Origin: Antedon mediterranea
Lineage: Eukaryota > Animalia > Echinodermata
Assembly (NCBI RefSeq): GCF_964355755.1
Contig: NC_092672.1
Location: 20,597,237-20,661,236 of the forward strand
DNA: 64,000 bases
Reading direction: 5' to 3'
Shown: positions 13,175 to 24,400 of the stretch, piece by piece
How positions within the stretch are numbered: position 1 is the stretch's first letter
Layout: each line of letters opens with the position of its first letter
The notes under the pieces: generated by a model
Databases searched by the model: none
The model's input: the letters and a program-made list of their open reading frames with translations, nothing else
Told to the model about the DNA's origin: nothing
Translations under genes and position numbers: made by a program

Positions 13175-14977
13175 GGTGACTACTTCTTCGCATGCAGCTA
13201 AAGTAAAATGACGTCACGTTAAAATGGGTCGTCACAGAGTCTCATGCATATTAATGAAGCAAACTTGCTGAGAGTTTTTTCACACACGCGACGGAGATTT
13301 ATCGAAAAATAATAATTGTTTTCACTGCTGTGGATAATAAATAATATACTTTATATAACAGGAGAGCCTATATACTTCCAGTGCGAATAAAAAATAATAA
13401 TAATGTACAATATTAGTCACGTATTTTCAAATGCTGCAAGACATGAGACCCGAAATAGGCTAGGCCTAGGCCTCCTACTGTAGTGGCAGCGCAGTGCATA
13501 CCTGAGAGCTAGGGTGGGTGGGAAGTTAGCTAGTATGCCGGGTTAGTGTACATCTGCACGATGCCACGCGGTAACGATGAAGGGGAGGATATGGATGGCC
13601 TGATAGTGGGCAGTGTATACTGTATTTTAATTTAGTTAGGCCGCTAGTGAGTGGAGGGCCGTAGCCAGGATCTGTCAAGGTGGGGTTCGGACACTAAATA
13701 TTTGGGTCAACCCCCCCTCCCCAAGCCTGATGCGAAGCGAATTTTGTTAAATGACACCCCTAGATGGCCGGAAAAGACACTCGTGCAGCATGCTATATAA
13801 CCAATGAGCAAAAAGATCGTACTTTTTTCCTCCTCCTCAAACACGTCGATAATTTAAATGACGATAACTATTTGTTGCCGTATGTTAGATGCGCGTGCTC
13901 TGTGCGGAACCGCCGATTGTTTGATCATTTACTCCGTATTTTGTTTTGCGTTCAAGTTCAATGCGAACGTATATCTAGGAGCCGCCCCGAAAAAAGCACA
14001 CTGGGTGAAGGCAAATGCTATTTGCTAGCTCTATCTATAATATTTATTTACAGCAATTTGTTGAGGAATATAAATATGTAAATAGGTGATATTGATACAT
14101 TTTAGTACGTATCGGCTGGTGGTCTAGAAAAAAATAATCGGATGCCATAATGTGAACTACATACAGTACTTGATACCATAGATATTATAGTGTAAAATAT
14201 TAATATTCAATATAATCCTCTATGATACATTATACTTCATAGTCACACATAAATACTGATGTACGTCGGAAGGCTATATACTTTATGCATGCTGCCTGAC
14301 TGCCAGTGATCTAAACAATAGGTATACGCAGTTGTCTGGCGGTGTCCTTTGTACGAATCGTTCGTGCGCCAGCTTGCTATGAGACGCGTCAATATCATGT
14401 TACATGCAGGGACCAAACATTTATTTTTCAGGTTAAAATCGGCAATTCATTTGCAGCTTTTAGAAATTTACAGACACGTATCACTAGTTGACGCTCAGAG
14501 AAGAAGGTTCACGAACAAGTTTACGAATTTTTCAATTTACAAACAACTTTTTGTACTGTGGGGCACGTATTTGGAGGATTTTTGGAGATGAGGGTGAGGT
14601 ATTGGGCATGTCGGGGATGGGGGACCGCAGTTGGAAAACTAAAGGTGGGGTTTCGCCCGAACCATAAAAACTCCCCCTGGCTACGGGCCTGGAGTAGGTA
14701 TCATAGAAAGTCTGTCTAGGCCTAGGCATCTAAGCCAAATGGGTCGAATAAACAACTATATTTAATCTGCTTCTTTGTTATCAGGAACAATATCGGATTA
14801 TTTTCTGTACCACCGATCGCACCATCATTAATATCACTCTGAAAACATTTTGTAAAATCATGATGAGCGCACAAGAAGCAGAGACAAAACATTCTTTTGC
14901 ATATGCATGAGACTCTGTGACGACACGCTTTAACGTGACGTCATTTTACTTTAGCTGCATGCAAAGAAGTAGTCACC
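13175..14977. mobile_element. Non-autonomous Mutator-like (MULE) DNA transposon
   Basis: ~76-bp TIRs beginning GGTGACTACTTC (13175-13250 / 14902-14977) and an exact 9-bp TSD cacatggac (13166-13174, 14978-14986). Confidence 0.85.
13654..14691. mobile_element. Nested TIR element inside the MULE
   Basis: Imperfect 16-bp TIRs gagggccgtagccagg / cctggctacgggcctg. Flanks gagtg/gagta are only a partial TSD. Confidence 0.6.
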
Positions 14978-15068
14978 CACATGGACGAGGAAAATCGCGG
15001 ATTACTCATTCTTGTGAGTCGTCGGCAGAGGTCGCACACGTATGTGTACTACCATGGAGTAAAGAATA

Positions 15069-17258
15069 TAGTCCATGGGCTGGAGGGGGGTTACCGTGCA
15101 CCCCCCCCCTCCCCCAACAGTTAAACTTCTTTGGTATCATTTTCTTCCCACGGACATATAGAGTGAAAAAATCGATGTTAACAAGAAAAATATAGGGATG
15201 CATTGTATGTACTTGCGTCATTTGTAATGATCATCAGTGTTTTATCTTCAAATATTTTTTGGGGTAGGGGGTAACATTTATCCTAATAACCCAAGAATCC
15301 AACATCTAATTAGTATTATCTTAGTAACATTGTGTAGCATACATCTTTTAAAATCTTTTAAAATTTAAATAAAATTAATCGGAAGATTATTAAGGTCAGT
15401 AGAGGTCAAAAGGTCATTGACCTTTTGCAAAATGCAAATTTTTCCCAAAATATAGATAAATTTCAATATCGTATCTACAATTTTCAATATTTTTTATCTT
15501 AATTGTGTTTTACTTGTGCTTACTGACATATTGAATAAGAAAATATATGTTAACAAGATAAAAATTGCAGTTCATTATATACAAATTGTTATTTTTTATT
15601 GTTAAAAATTGCAATAAAAATACATTTTTTGGGGTAGGGGGTAACAATAATAGCAATAACCCAATAATTAAACATCTAATTAGTATGATCTTGCTGTCGT
15701 TGTGTAGCTTTGTGTTTTTTAATCATATAGAATTTGAATAAAATTAATCCAACCATGTTTAAGGTCAGTAGAGGTCAAAAAGGTCACTGACCTTTTGCAA
15801 AATTGCAAATATTTGCTAAAATGAGATACATTTAAATATCAAATCTCCAATTTTTTCAATACTTTTTATTTTAATTGTGTTTTACTTGTGTTTACTGACA
15901 TATTGAAATAACAAAATATGTGTTAACATGAAAAAAATTGCACTGCATTAATACCAATTGTCATGTAATTTTGTTATTCTTCAAAATTACAATAAAAAGA
16001 CATTTTTGGGGTAGGGGGTAACAATTATCCCAATAACCCAAGAATCCAACACCTAATTAGTATTATCTTGGTACCATTGTGTAGCATACATCTTTTAAAA
16101 TCTTATAAAATTTAAATAAAATTAATCGGACTATTAGTAGGGTCAGTAGAGGTCAAAAGGTCATTGACCTTTTACAAAAATAGACATTTTAGCCAAAATA
16201 TAGATAATTTCAACATAGTATCTATAATTTTCAATATGTTTTATCTTAATTGTGTTTTATTTGTGCTTACTGACATATTGAATAAGAAAATATATGTTAA
16301 CAAGATTAAAATTGCAGTTCATTATACACAAAGTATCATTTTTTATTCTTAAAAATTGTAATAAAAATACATTTTTTGGGGTAGGGTGTAACATTAATAG
16401 CAATAACTCAAGAATCAAACATCTAATTAGTATGATCTTGGTGTCGTTGTGTAGCATTCGTGATTTTTAACCATATAGAATTTTAATAAAATTAATTGAG
16501 CCATGTTTAAGGTCAGTAGAGGTCAAAAAGGTCACTGACCTTTTGCAAAATTGCAAATATTTCCCATAATGAGATACATTTCAATATCAAATCTCCAATT
16601 TGTTCAATACTTTTCATTTTAATTGTGTTTTACTTGTGTTTACTGACATTGAATAACAAAATGTGTGTTAACATGATAAAAATTGCAGTGCATTAATACC
16701 ATTGTCATGTAATTTTATTATTCTTCAAAATTGCAATAAAAAGACATTTTTTGGGTAGGGGGTAGCATTAATACCAATAATCCAAGAATCAAACATCCAT
16801 TGACCTTAATAATCATTCGATTAATTTCATTTAAATTCAACATGATTACAAAAAAATATACTGTATGCTACACATCGATACCAAGATCGTACTAATTAGA
16901 TGTTTGATTCTTGGGTTATTGGTATTAATGCTACCCCCTACCCCAAAAATGTCTTTTTATTGTAATTTTGTTATTCTTCAAAATTACATGACAATTGGTA
17001 TTATTGCAGTGCAATTTTTTTCATTTTTTTTTTATTAGGATAAATGTTACCTCCTACCCCAAAAAATATTTGAAGATAAAACACTGATGATCATTACAAA
17101 TGACGCAAGTACATACAATGCATCCCTATATTTTTCTTGTTAACATCGATTTTTTCACTCTATATGTCCGTGGGAAGAAAATGATACCAAAGAAGTTTAA
17201 CTGTGGGGGTGTGGGGGGGGGGTGTGTGCACGGTAACCCCCCTCCAGCCCATGGACTA
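15069..17258. mobile_element. Long-TIR non-autonomous DNA transposon (Academ-like termini) with internal tandem repeats
   Basis: ~220-bp TIRs TAGTCCATGGGCTGGAGGGGGG.../...CCCTCCAGCCCATGGACTA flanked by ata/ata (3-bp TSD; a TA TSD reading is also possible). The interior has four ~370-bp units in alternating A/B form plus an inverted partial unit near 16800-17020. Confidence 0.8.
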
Positions 17259-18011
17259 ATAAGGGTACTACATGTGGTGGCACAAAAAAGTTTTCAGGAA
17301 TCATGACTGTTTGTGTTGACATATTTTGAACTTTAGTTCCCGGTAATATTTTACATATTTTATGGTAAAGTTAAGCTATCAGTGACTTTTGTAAAGGATA
17401 ACAATAGGCCATTCCAACCATACAGGTGCCTAAGCCTACTAATAATTATTAAGCTAATAAGACAAGAATGATTTTAGCCTTAGGCTACTATAGTAAGCTG
17501 TGTAGTAAGTACTGTATGTAGGCTAAAGTTAAGCCCCGATCCGGCCTCACTATGGCCTAGCTAGCTGAGATTTAGGTACCTGTCTTTCTTACTGTAACAG
17601 CAGTCTATCACAGCTTTTCCGACTGGCGAGGTATGCAAGACTTGATAATTTTAAGATTGAATGCCTACAACTTAAGCAATAAATCTTGGTAGCAAAAATG
17701 ATACTGTACATTAGTTACTATACAGTGTGTGCCGCAATTGTTTTGAAGTAATTAGCCACTGATGGAAGGTATCCCATCCTTTAAGTCCCATTGCCTATGT
17801 TTTTTATGTTAAAAGTTTTAAAACATGAAACCAGGTCATTCCGTGTCTTAAATGTACATTTTATGGTAATATGATAAAAAGAAAAAAAAACAATGCACTA
17901 CTAAATTTATTAGAATTGATTATTTTTCACATTTTTAACCATTTAAAGCCAAAACAAGTTATCGCAATAGGATAAGATGAATGTAATTTGTGACCTTCTT
18001 AAATTAAATCT

Positions 18012-18828
18012 AACAAGGCCAACAGCCATTAAGTCGCGTGCTACAATGCATAGTGATACCGGACAGACAGACCGACAGACAGACAGACCGACAGACCGAC
18101 AGACAGACAGACCGACCGACCGACAAAGTGAACTATACTGACCGAAATTACTGAACATGTTTAAAAATGTTGAAATGTTTAAAGACATTTAAATTTTTTT
18201 AATTTACACGTGCGTAGCCTGTCACTTTCGACGTGCTCGTATAACGTAATTTCGAGTTGAAAAGTAAGTCAAGAAAACAGAAATCGGGCAAAAAGAGTGC
18301 GCAATAACATTTAACGCGCAGTGCGCGCGCAAAAATATGCGCACTCATGGCAATTTTGTAAACGCTTAAAATTGCCTGAAATGTACTCTTATTTCATCGA
18401 AAATAAATTTTGAAAATTTTAAGCGCGCGTACGCATGCGTTACATGCGCTACGCACGTAATTGTATTGCCATATGATGATTTATGCCCTGAAATTTATGA
18501 GTACCAAATTTTATTTAATTGTGATTCATGGTTGTGAAGATATGATTACAAACGTGATTTCGTTAAATCGTGCGTAGACCGCGTAATTTTTTATTGCGCA
18601 CCGTGAAAACATAACCACATTGATTCCTGGCCATAAGGAATATACTGTGAAAAATTTACCTAGCTAGATTAAACTGATATCAAGATAAGGTCATAAAGCG
18701 ATAAAACGCATAGTGATACCGGACCGACAGACAGACAGACAGACCGACAGACAGACCGACAGACAGACAGACAGACAGACCGACCGACCGACATAGTGAA
18801 CTATAGAGTCGCTTCCACGCGACTAAAA
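18012..18828 (-). mobile_element. Helentron-associated non-autonomous element (HINE/DINE-1-like), long form
   Basis: On the - strand: TTTT-AGTCGCGTG subterminal repeat with hairpin, (GTCT/GTCG)n microsatellites, 3' CACGCGACT plus a ggctgttggcc stem and TT; no TSD. A near-identical copy lies at 47336-48133. Confidence 0.8.
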
Positions 18829-19630
18829 AACGTAGGGAATGGGACTTTAGACAGACTTCCCCCATGATTGTATACTCCTTGAGTGGTGGTAAATATGCAA
18901 CAGTATTCATAAAATGGTTTTTGCAAAATGAGGACCAGTGAAAATACCACTACACCATGACATTTATATTAACTAAAAAGATTACTAAAAATATTACAGT
19001 TACCTCTGACTTAATTAAAGTCTTCAGTCCATGTTGATCAGATTTTTGTAGATTTTGTATTTTGGTATGACCCACTATACGACAAGATTACATGGTTTTG
19101 TAAATATTTTGTTCTCTAATTTTTTTAATTCCACAATTTTTCCAGTCATCTTAATTTTGTAAAGCTCGGTTTAATACCTTTAGCAGAGCATCATTTTTTA
19201 CATTTGTTTCTTGAAGGTATTTGTATCATGAACACATTCTCTACGTTACCAAACTGTTCCAAGCCAAACACACACCATTTAACAAACGACTGACACATAA
19301 AATCTATGAGCGTAGTCAGCCTAGACGAGTACTAAGTCTTACCATTTGCCTCTTTTTCCATTTAAGGTAAAGATTAATAAGATAATAAATTACTAACTTC
19401 TATCATAATTAATTATGGAAAACTACAGGGATATTGTAAATTAGAAATGTAAAAGTATGAATATATCCACTGTGATGTAACACATACACATCTATCAGAC
19501 ACACACTGCAGAATTAGAATTCAGCCTGTGGCTAACGAGACAGAATATAGGCCTAATTCAAATAATTATTTTATATACAAATAAAGTAAAGTCAGTACTG
19601 TGCTGTCCGTTTGAGGAGTTTTATTGATCG

Positions 19631-19648
19631 TAGCGCCCTCTGGGGTCA
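19631..19648 (-). promoter_or_regulatory. CTCF-like motif
   Basis: The reverse complement contains ACCCCAGAGGGCGC, a 12/14 match to CCASYAGRKGGCRS. Motif match only. Confidence 0.3.
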
Positions 19649-21454
19649 ACTAAGGTTAGCTCTACCGCGAAGTTACTTTCTTTTTAACTAGTTAGTCATC
19701 TTTGGTCGTGTTTATACAACACCCTAAATTTGAACACGGCTTTAATTTTTAGCGTGTTGTTCGGACCGAGGTCAACCCACCTTAACGTTTGCTGTTATAC
19801 TAGAAATCACGATACCGTGTTGTACCGGAAGTTTCATCAACACGCAGTGCATGCTAGGATAAAAGGTCAAATCGTTGATCGCTTGAATTGAATTGTTGGC
19901 TGGGTTGTCAACAATTAATCATCGTCGCCTCCTCGCTGTCCGATGTATTCGCGCGGTTTTTACCATTTTCATTATTGTATTCGTTCACGTTTGCATTGTT
20001 GTTTATTTTGTTCTCGGTTCATTTAAATTAATAAATGTTATTTTAAGGGTTTCATTATTTCATCTATACACTATGGAAGAAGATGCCATTTTTGCGATGT
20101 TATTTTTTATTCTGTTTGGAGTGGGAAACGATAGTCTAGAGAGGCCTACTACCACTACGAGTTGGCCCAACCAGGCTAGGCGTAAGACGTGGTAGGAGGA
20201 TGATTGCTGGCAGCGAAGCAGCAATAAATGGGCCCAATCTTGTTAGACGTCGCATGACATGATTGATATTACGACCTGTTTTAACGAGAGGTCAAAATAT
20301 ACCCTGAGGACACTTCCAACACGGTAACGGCGACCGGGAATCCACCAAATTTTAGGATTCAGCCAAGTAGCCTTTTTTGCAATTAAAATCTCATTACACG
20401 GAATCTCTTTGTTGTTATACAACACACTTCTCGTAGGCGTGTAGAATATGCGTGTAATAGCGTGTTGTATAAACGCGCCCTTTGAAAGATGTATCATTAA
20501 GATGCAAAGTTACCTGTGTTTATCACCGTTTTAATGTTTTCTGGTGAGTTTCGGAACCTATATATAGTAATTATGTTTTTACCTTAGAATCTGATAGTTG
20601 TTATTTTGTTAGCTGTTACTTATTATATTAGAAGAATTTTATGGATCTTTGGTCCAACATGTTACCACGAGGATGACAAGGTGTGGCTCGTCGTTGTTTC
20701 GAGCTTCCCGTTAACGAAGAATGTGCACCTACGTTAACGTTGTATGCCATATGTTAGCACTGTATGCCGTATGTTAAGCCTAAAATACAACTAGCGTTTA
20801 TCCATATATATTTTAAGCACTAGAAGGTTATAATTTAATCGTATAATTTTCTTAGTTTCTGGTCATTTATAGCTTCTGCTAAAGGACCTCCACTCGCCGA
20901 TTTTTCTTAGTCATGAATATTTATGAGTTAGTTTAGAGATTGAGGGCGGTGTTTACCAACGTTATTATAGTGATAATATGTTTCTTTTTAGACATTTTAA
21001 AGTTATCCAAGTGATTTGCTTCCCGAAGCTTCCTCAGATTGAATCCGTATTATGTTGAGTCACACTCTGTAAGTTTATTTGTAATAATCAGTTATTATGT
21101 TTACATTCGATTGTTCGTAGGTTTTGATGTAACTGAAGTGTGTTATGCGTAACGCTAAACTTTATTGTAAGAAATTGAAGTTTGCAAACAGTGATAATCT
21201 CTGTTTGTAGAGAATGTAATATTTCAACATTCTGACATATTTACTATATAAATCCATTAATCATTTTATTCATGATGTTTGTGACTAGACTATGTATCGA
21301 TTATGTTTGTTTGCAGTTTTACCGCTTTGGAATAAAGACAAAGAAGTACCCGTACTCAAGTGTTTGTGTTCCTTGGTTATACTCATTGGTATAGAGGGCG
21401 TCCCGGCTCCCCAGGTCCAATTACAAGTACCGTACACTAAAACATTTTATAATT

Positions 21455-24400
21455 CTAGAATATTAAATGGCCATCTTCAAAAAGTTCTACATTTGTCTGT
21501 GGCATACCATTCAGAAGATTATCAATTTCGTCTTCTCCAATGAAGTTCCCTATGTCTTCCTCTCTGCTGTAATAATCGCATGTAGAGACTGGAATAAACT
21601 CCGTCAAACCAGCGTGTGCGTCACTGTTTACTTTTACACGTAGAACCTCATCTAATTTCCAGTAAGGATCTGTAAGGTTTTCTTCTCCACATTTTCCTGA
21701 CTTCAGTGGTTTATCTGAGGAAACTGACGTCATTGGCGTGTAAGGATTCGAGTCCTGCACATGTCTTGTGCTTTCCACGAGTAATGGAGACAATTGCAGT
21801 GCATCATCCTCACCTGTTTGTTGCAGGCGAAAGTATGCCGTGCTTCCCTCTTTAACTTCCATTTTGTCAGTGGTAACTGGTGATGAGTTTATAAAACCAC
21901 TTTTCGTAACTGGTGAAACTTGGTCAATAGACGGTACAACCATGTAAATATTTTTCTCTTCTATCTGGGAATCAGGAATAAACTCATGAAATCCTTGATC
22001 AGAACTCGTTGAACTGCGGTACGATGTAGGTAAGTCCGACTTCTTCGTCTTCAAGTCATCAAAAACTTCCTTTTCTACTAATCGCGGACGAACGGGGCTA
22101 ATTTCCTAAGTAAAAGACATTCCTTTATTAAACATGTTATTTAACGTCTGTTATGACAAATACAGTGAATGCGTGGTTCTAAACAACATTTCATTACCAC
22201 GCAAAGTGGATTGAATTTCGTGAAATACACATCTACGTCATTTAACTAACGGATCCTTAATATCATTTTTTAATGAATGATCTACACGGGTTATCCTTAT
22301 TAAAGAAGACAAATAAATAATAAATTATCTAGGCTGCCTAGCTCTTAAAAATGTATTGTCCCCCAAAAACCTGAAAAATGAAGATTAATTAAATCAGACT
22401 TTGGATAGGTTATTTTGTAGTTTTACTAAATTTAATCACTTCCATAGAAAAAAAAACATGTGTTTACTTACAAAATGACAAACATAAATTGTTAAATTAA
22501 ACCAAAAACCATTGGCTTGCAGCCAATTTGACTATTTTTTGCTTTAAATTACTGATTTTTCAGGTAAATACATTTTTTTTCGGTCCAATTTTTTGTCAAA
22601 GAAGATAACTATTATGTGACATTAAAATGGCATATTCAACAAAAAAATTTAAAAAAATATGTTTTCAGTGGGACAATACATATTTAACTTGAAAGCAAAA
22701 AAGACATTATATTTACCACTTTGAAGAATTTTGGTTCAGGCCATTCAATAAAAATTCGCTTACGTATATACACATTAAAAGCTCCAAAAAACAGCATAAC
22801 AAATAAGATAATAATTCCCACCACAAGAAACGGAATGATAAATTCATCTGAAAGTACAACATATCATGAATTGTTGCAAAATTTCTGAAAACATGAACAT
22901 TGTAAAGGAAAAACAAGAGAAAAAATCATTTTTTTTTTCTATATGGATTATGAACAATATACGATCACATCTAAACAAATAGAGGCAACTTCCTTAATTT
23001 GATCACACAAATGCACCCAAAATATTATTCAAGCAGGTAGTAAAATTACGCTATTTTCAGATTAACGCATGGCTATTGGTAAATTTGCCATAAGAAGATA
23101 TTATATGCAATAGTGAGGCTATTTCTAAGCATTCAGTAGTAGAGAAACAACAATAAGTAGGCCTAACATTGTCGCAACTAAACTCGACATGTGTGCTATT
23201 CTAAAGTGTAATAATTGTTAATAGGCTTATTCACATACCAGGCTCATATTGCACTGCAACTGTATTCAAAGTTACAGGTTGTCTCTCGGTCACCAAACCT
23301 AAAAAAATAAAATTTTGGTAAATATGAGGCTCTAATATCTATCTCTAGTTATACATTATGTGATGAAGTAAAATAGATTATGTAAATTTGCCAACATTAA
23401 AGTAAAATAAGTGTTGAGCAATTTTCAGAATATTACCGTAGCTTTTGAGAAGAAGACAAATGATTTCCTTACTTTACTCAATGATACAGAAAGTTGGTGC
23501 ATACTTTTGGTTCTGATTTAACCATATTATAATGAAACCATTGTTTACTATTAGTTGTTTAAGGATTAATTGACGATTAAAACAAAGTTTACCCCGAATA
23601 TGGGTGTTTTCCAAATACATGCACAAGCGAACCCTCTAGGTTTAATAAAGAGACATAGGCCAACACACCTTGTTTCAAGCATTTGAACTCATATAATATC
23701 CTGGTTGGAGGACCTTCGACTTCGACCTCAAACGTGTCTACCTGAACACTCCTTAGCTCTAGATTATAGACAATGGTGTTCTCTGTGATGTTGTTGCACG
23801 GCACATTTATGTCAATGTTATTCAATGTTAATTCTTCCTCAACACTTTTATTCAGTGATTGTCCAGTATAGGTTCCCGTAATGCGGTATAAGTACTGAGT
23901 TTCATCATTTGGTGTTTCCCATTGTAGTGACAAAACGTTTTCGTTTTCTGACGATGTGGCGTTCACGTCTATGATCATAGAAACTACAAAAACAAATTTT
24001 CCATTATTTTTAGACAATAAAAAAGAAAATATTCTAGTCACGTACGGTATATATTGGTCGAGAAGGTAAACTGTTCTTTTTATATACATTATGAGGATTT
24101 TGATATTTAATTTCATTTGGTCATTATTAATGCAGATATGATTAGTGAGCACATAAAGACAACTCTATTTTGCAGCTGTCACCAGATACTATCTAGCCAA
24201 CTATTGTAAGTCAGTTAGATACAACTCGAGGTGGATTAAATACACTATAGTGACAGCTGTAAAATTGGATGTAATGACCCTAATCATTACAAATGGTTAT
24301 TTGAACATTGAATGCAATTTACAATCTTGTAGAAACGATCTAGGTACTAGGTATACGTATTCCAAATGACTTTAAAACTCACTGGGTAGTGTGACAATTG

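Noticed and set aside
15006-17306. Twin ORFs MTQVHTMHPY... on opposite strands
   Set aside because: They are the two TIRs of one element read inward-out, not genes.
17943-18910. ORFs with SVGLSVC repeats (also 47321-47512)
   Set aside because: Microsatellite translation within Helentron elements.
19893-20500. Possible decayed Harbinger transposase N-terminus (MEEDAIF...RRKTW, NFRI)
   Set aside because: Only a vague resemblance, with no DDE motifs or matching TIR/TSD found.
22713-22916. ORF-track 67-aa hydrophobic peptide
   Set aside because: Wrong frame; the real TM exon is 22847-22717 in another frame.
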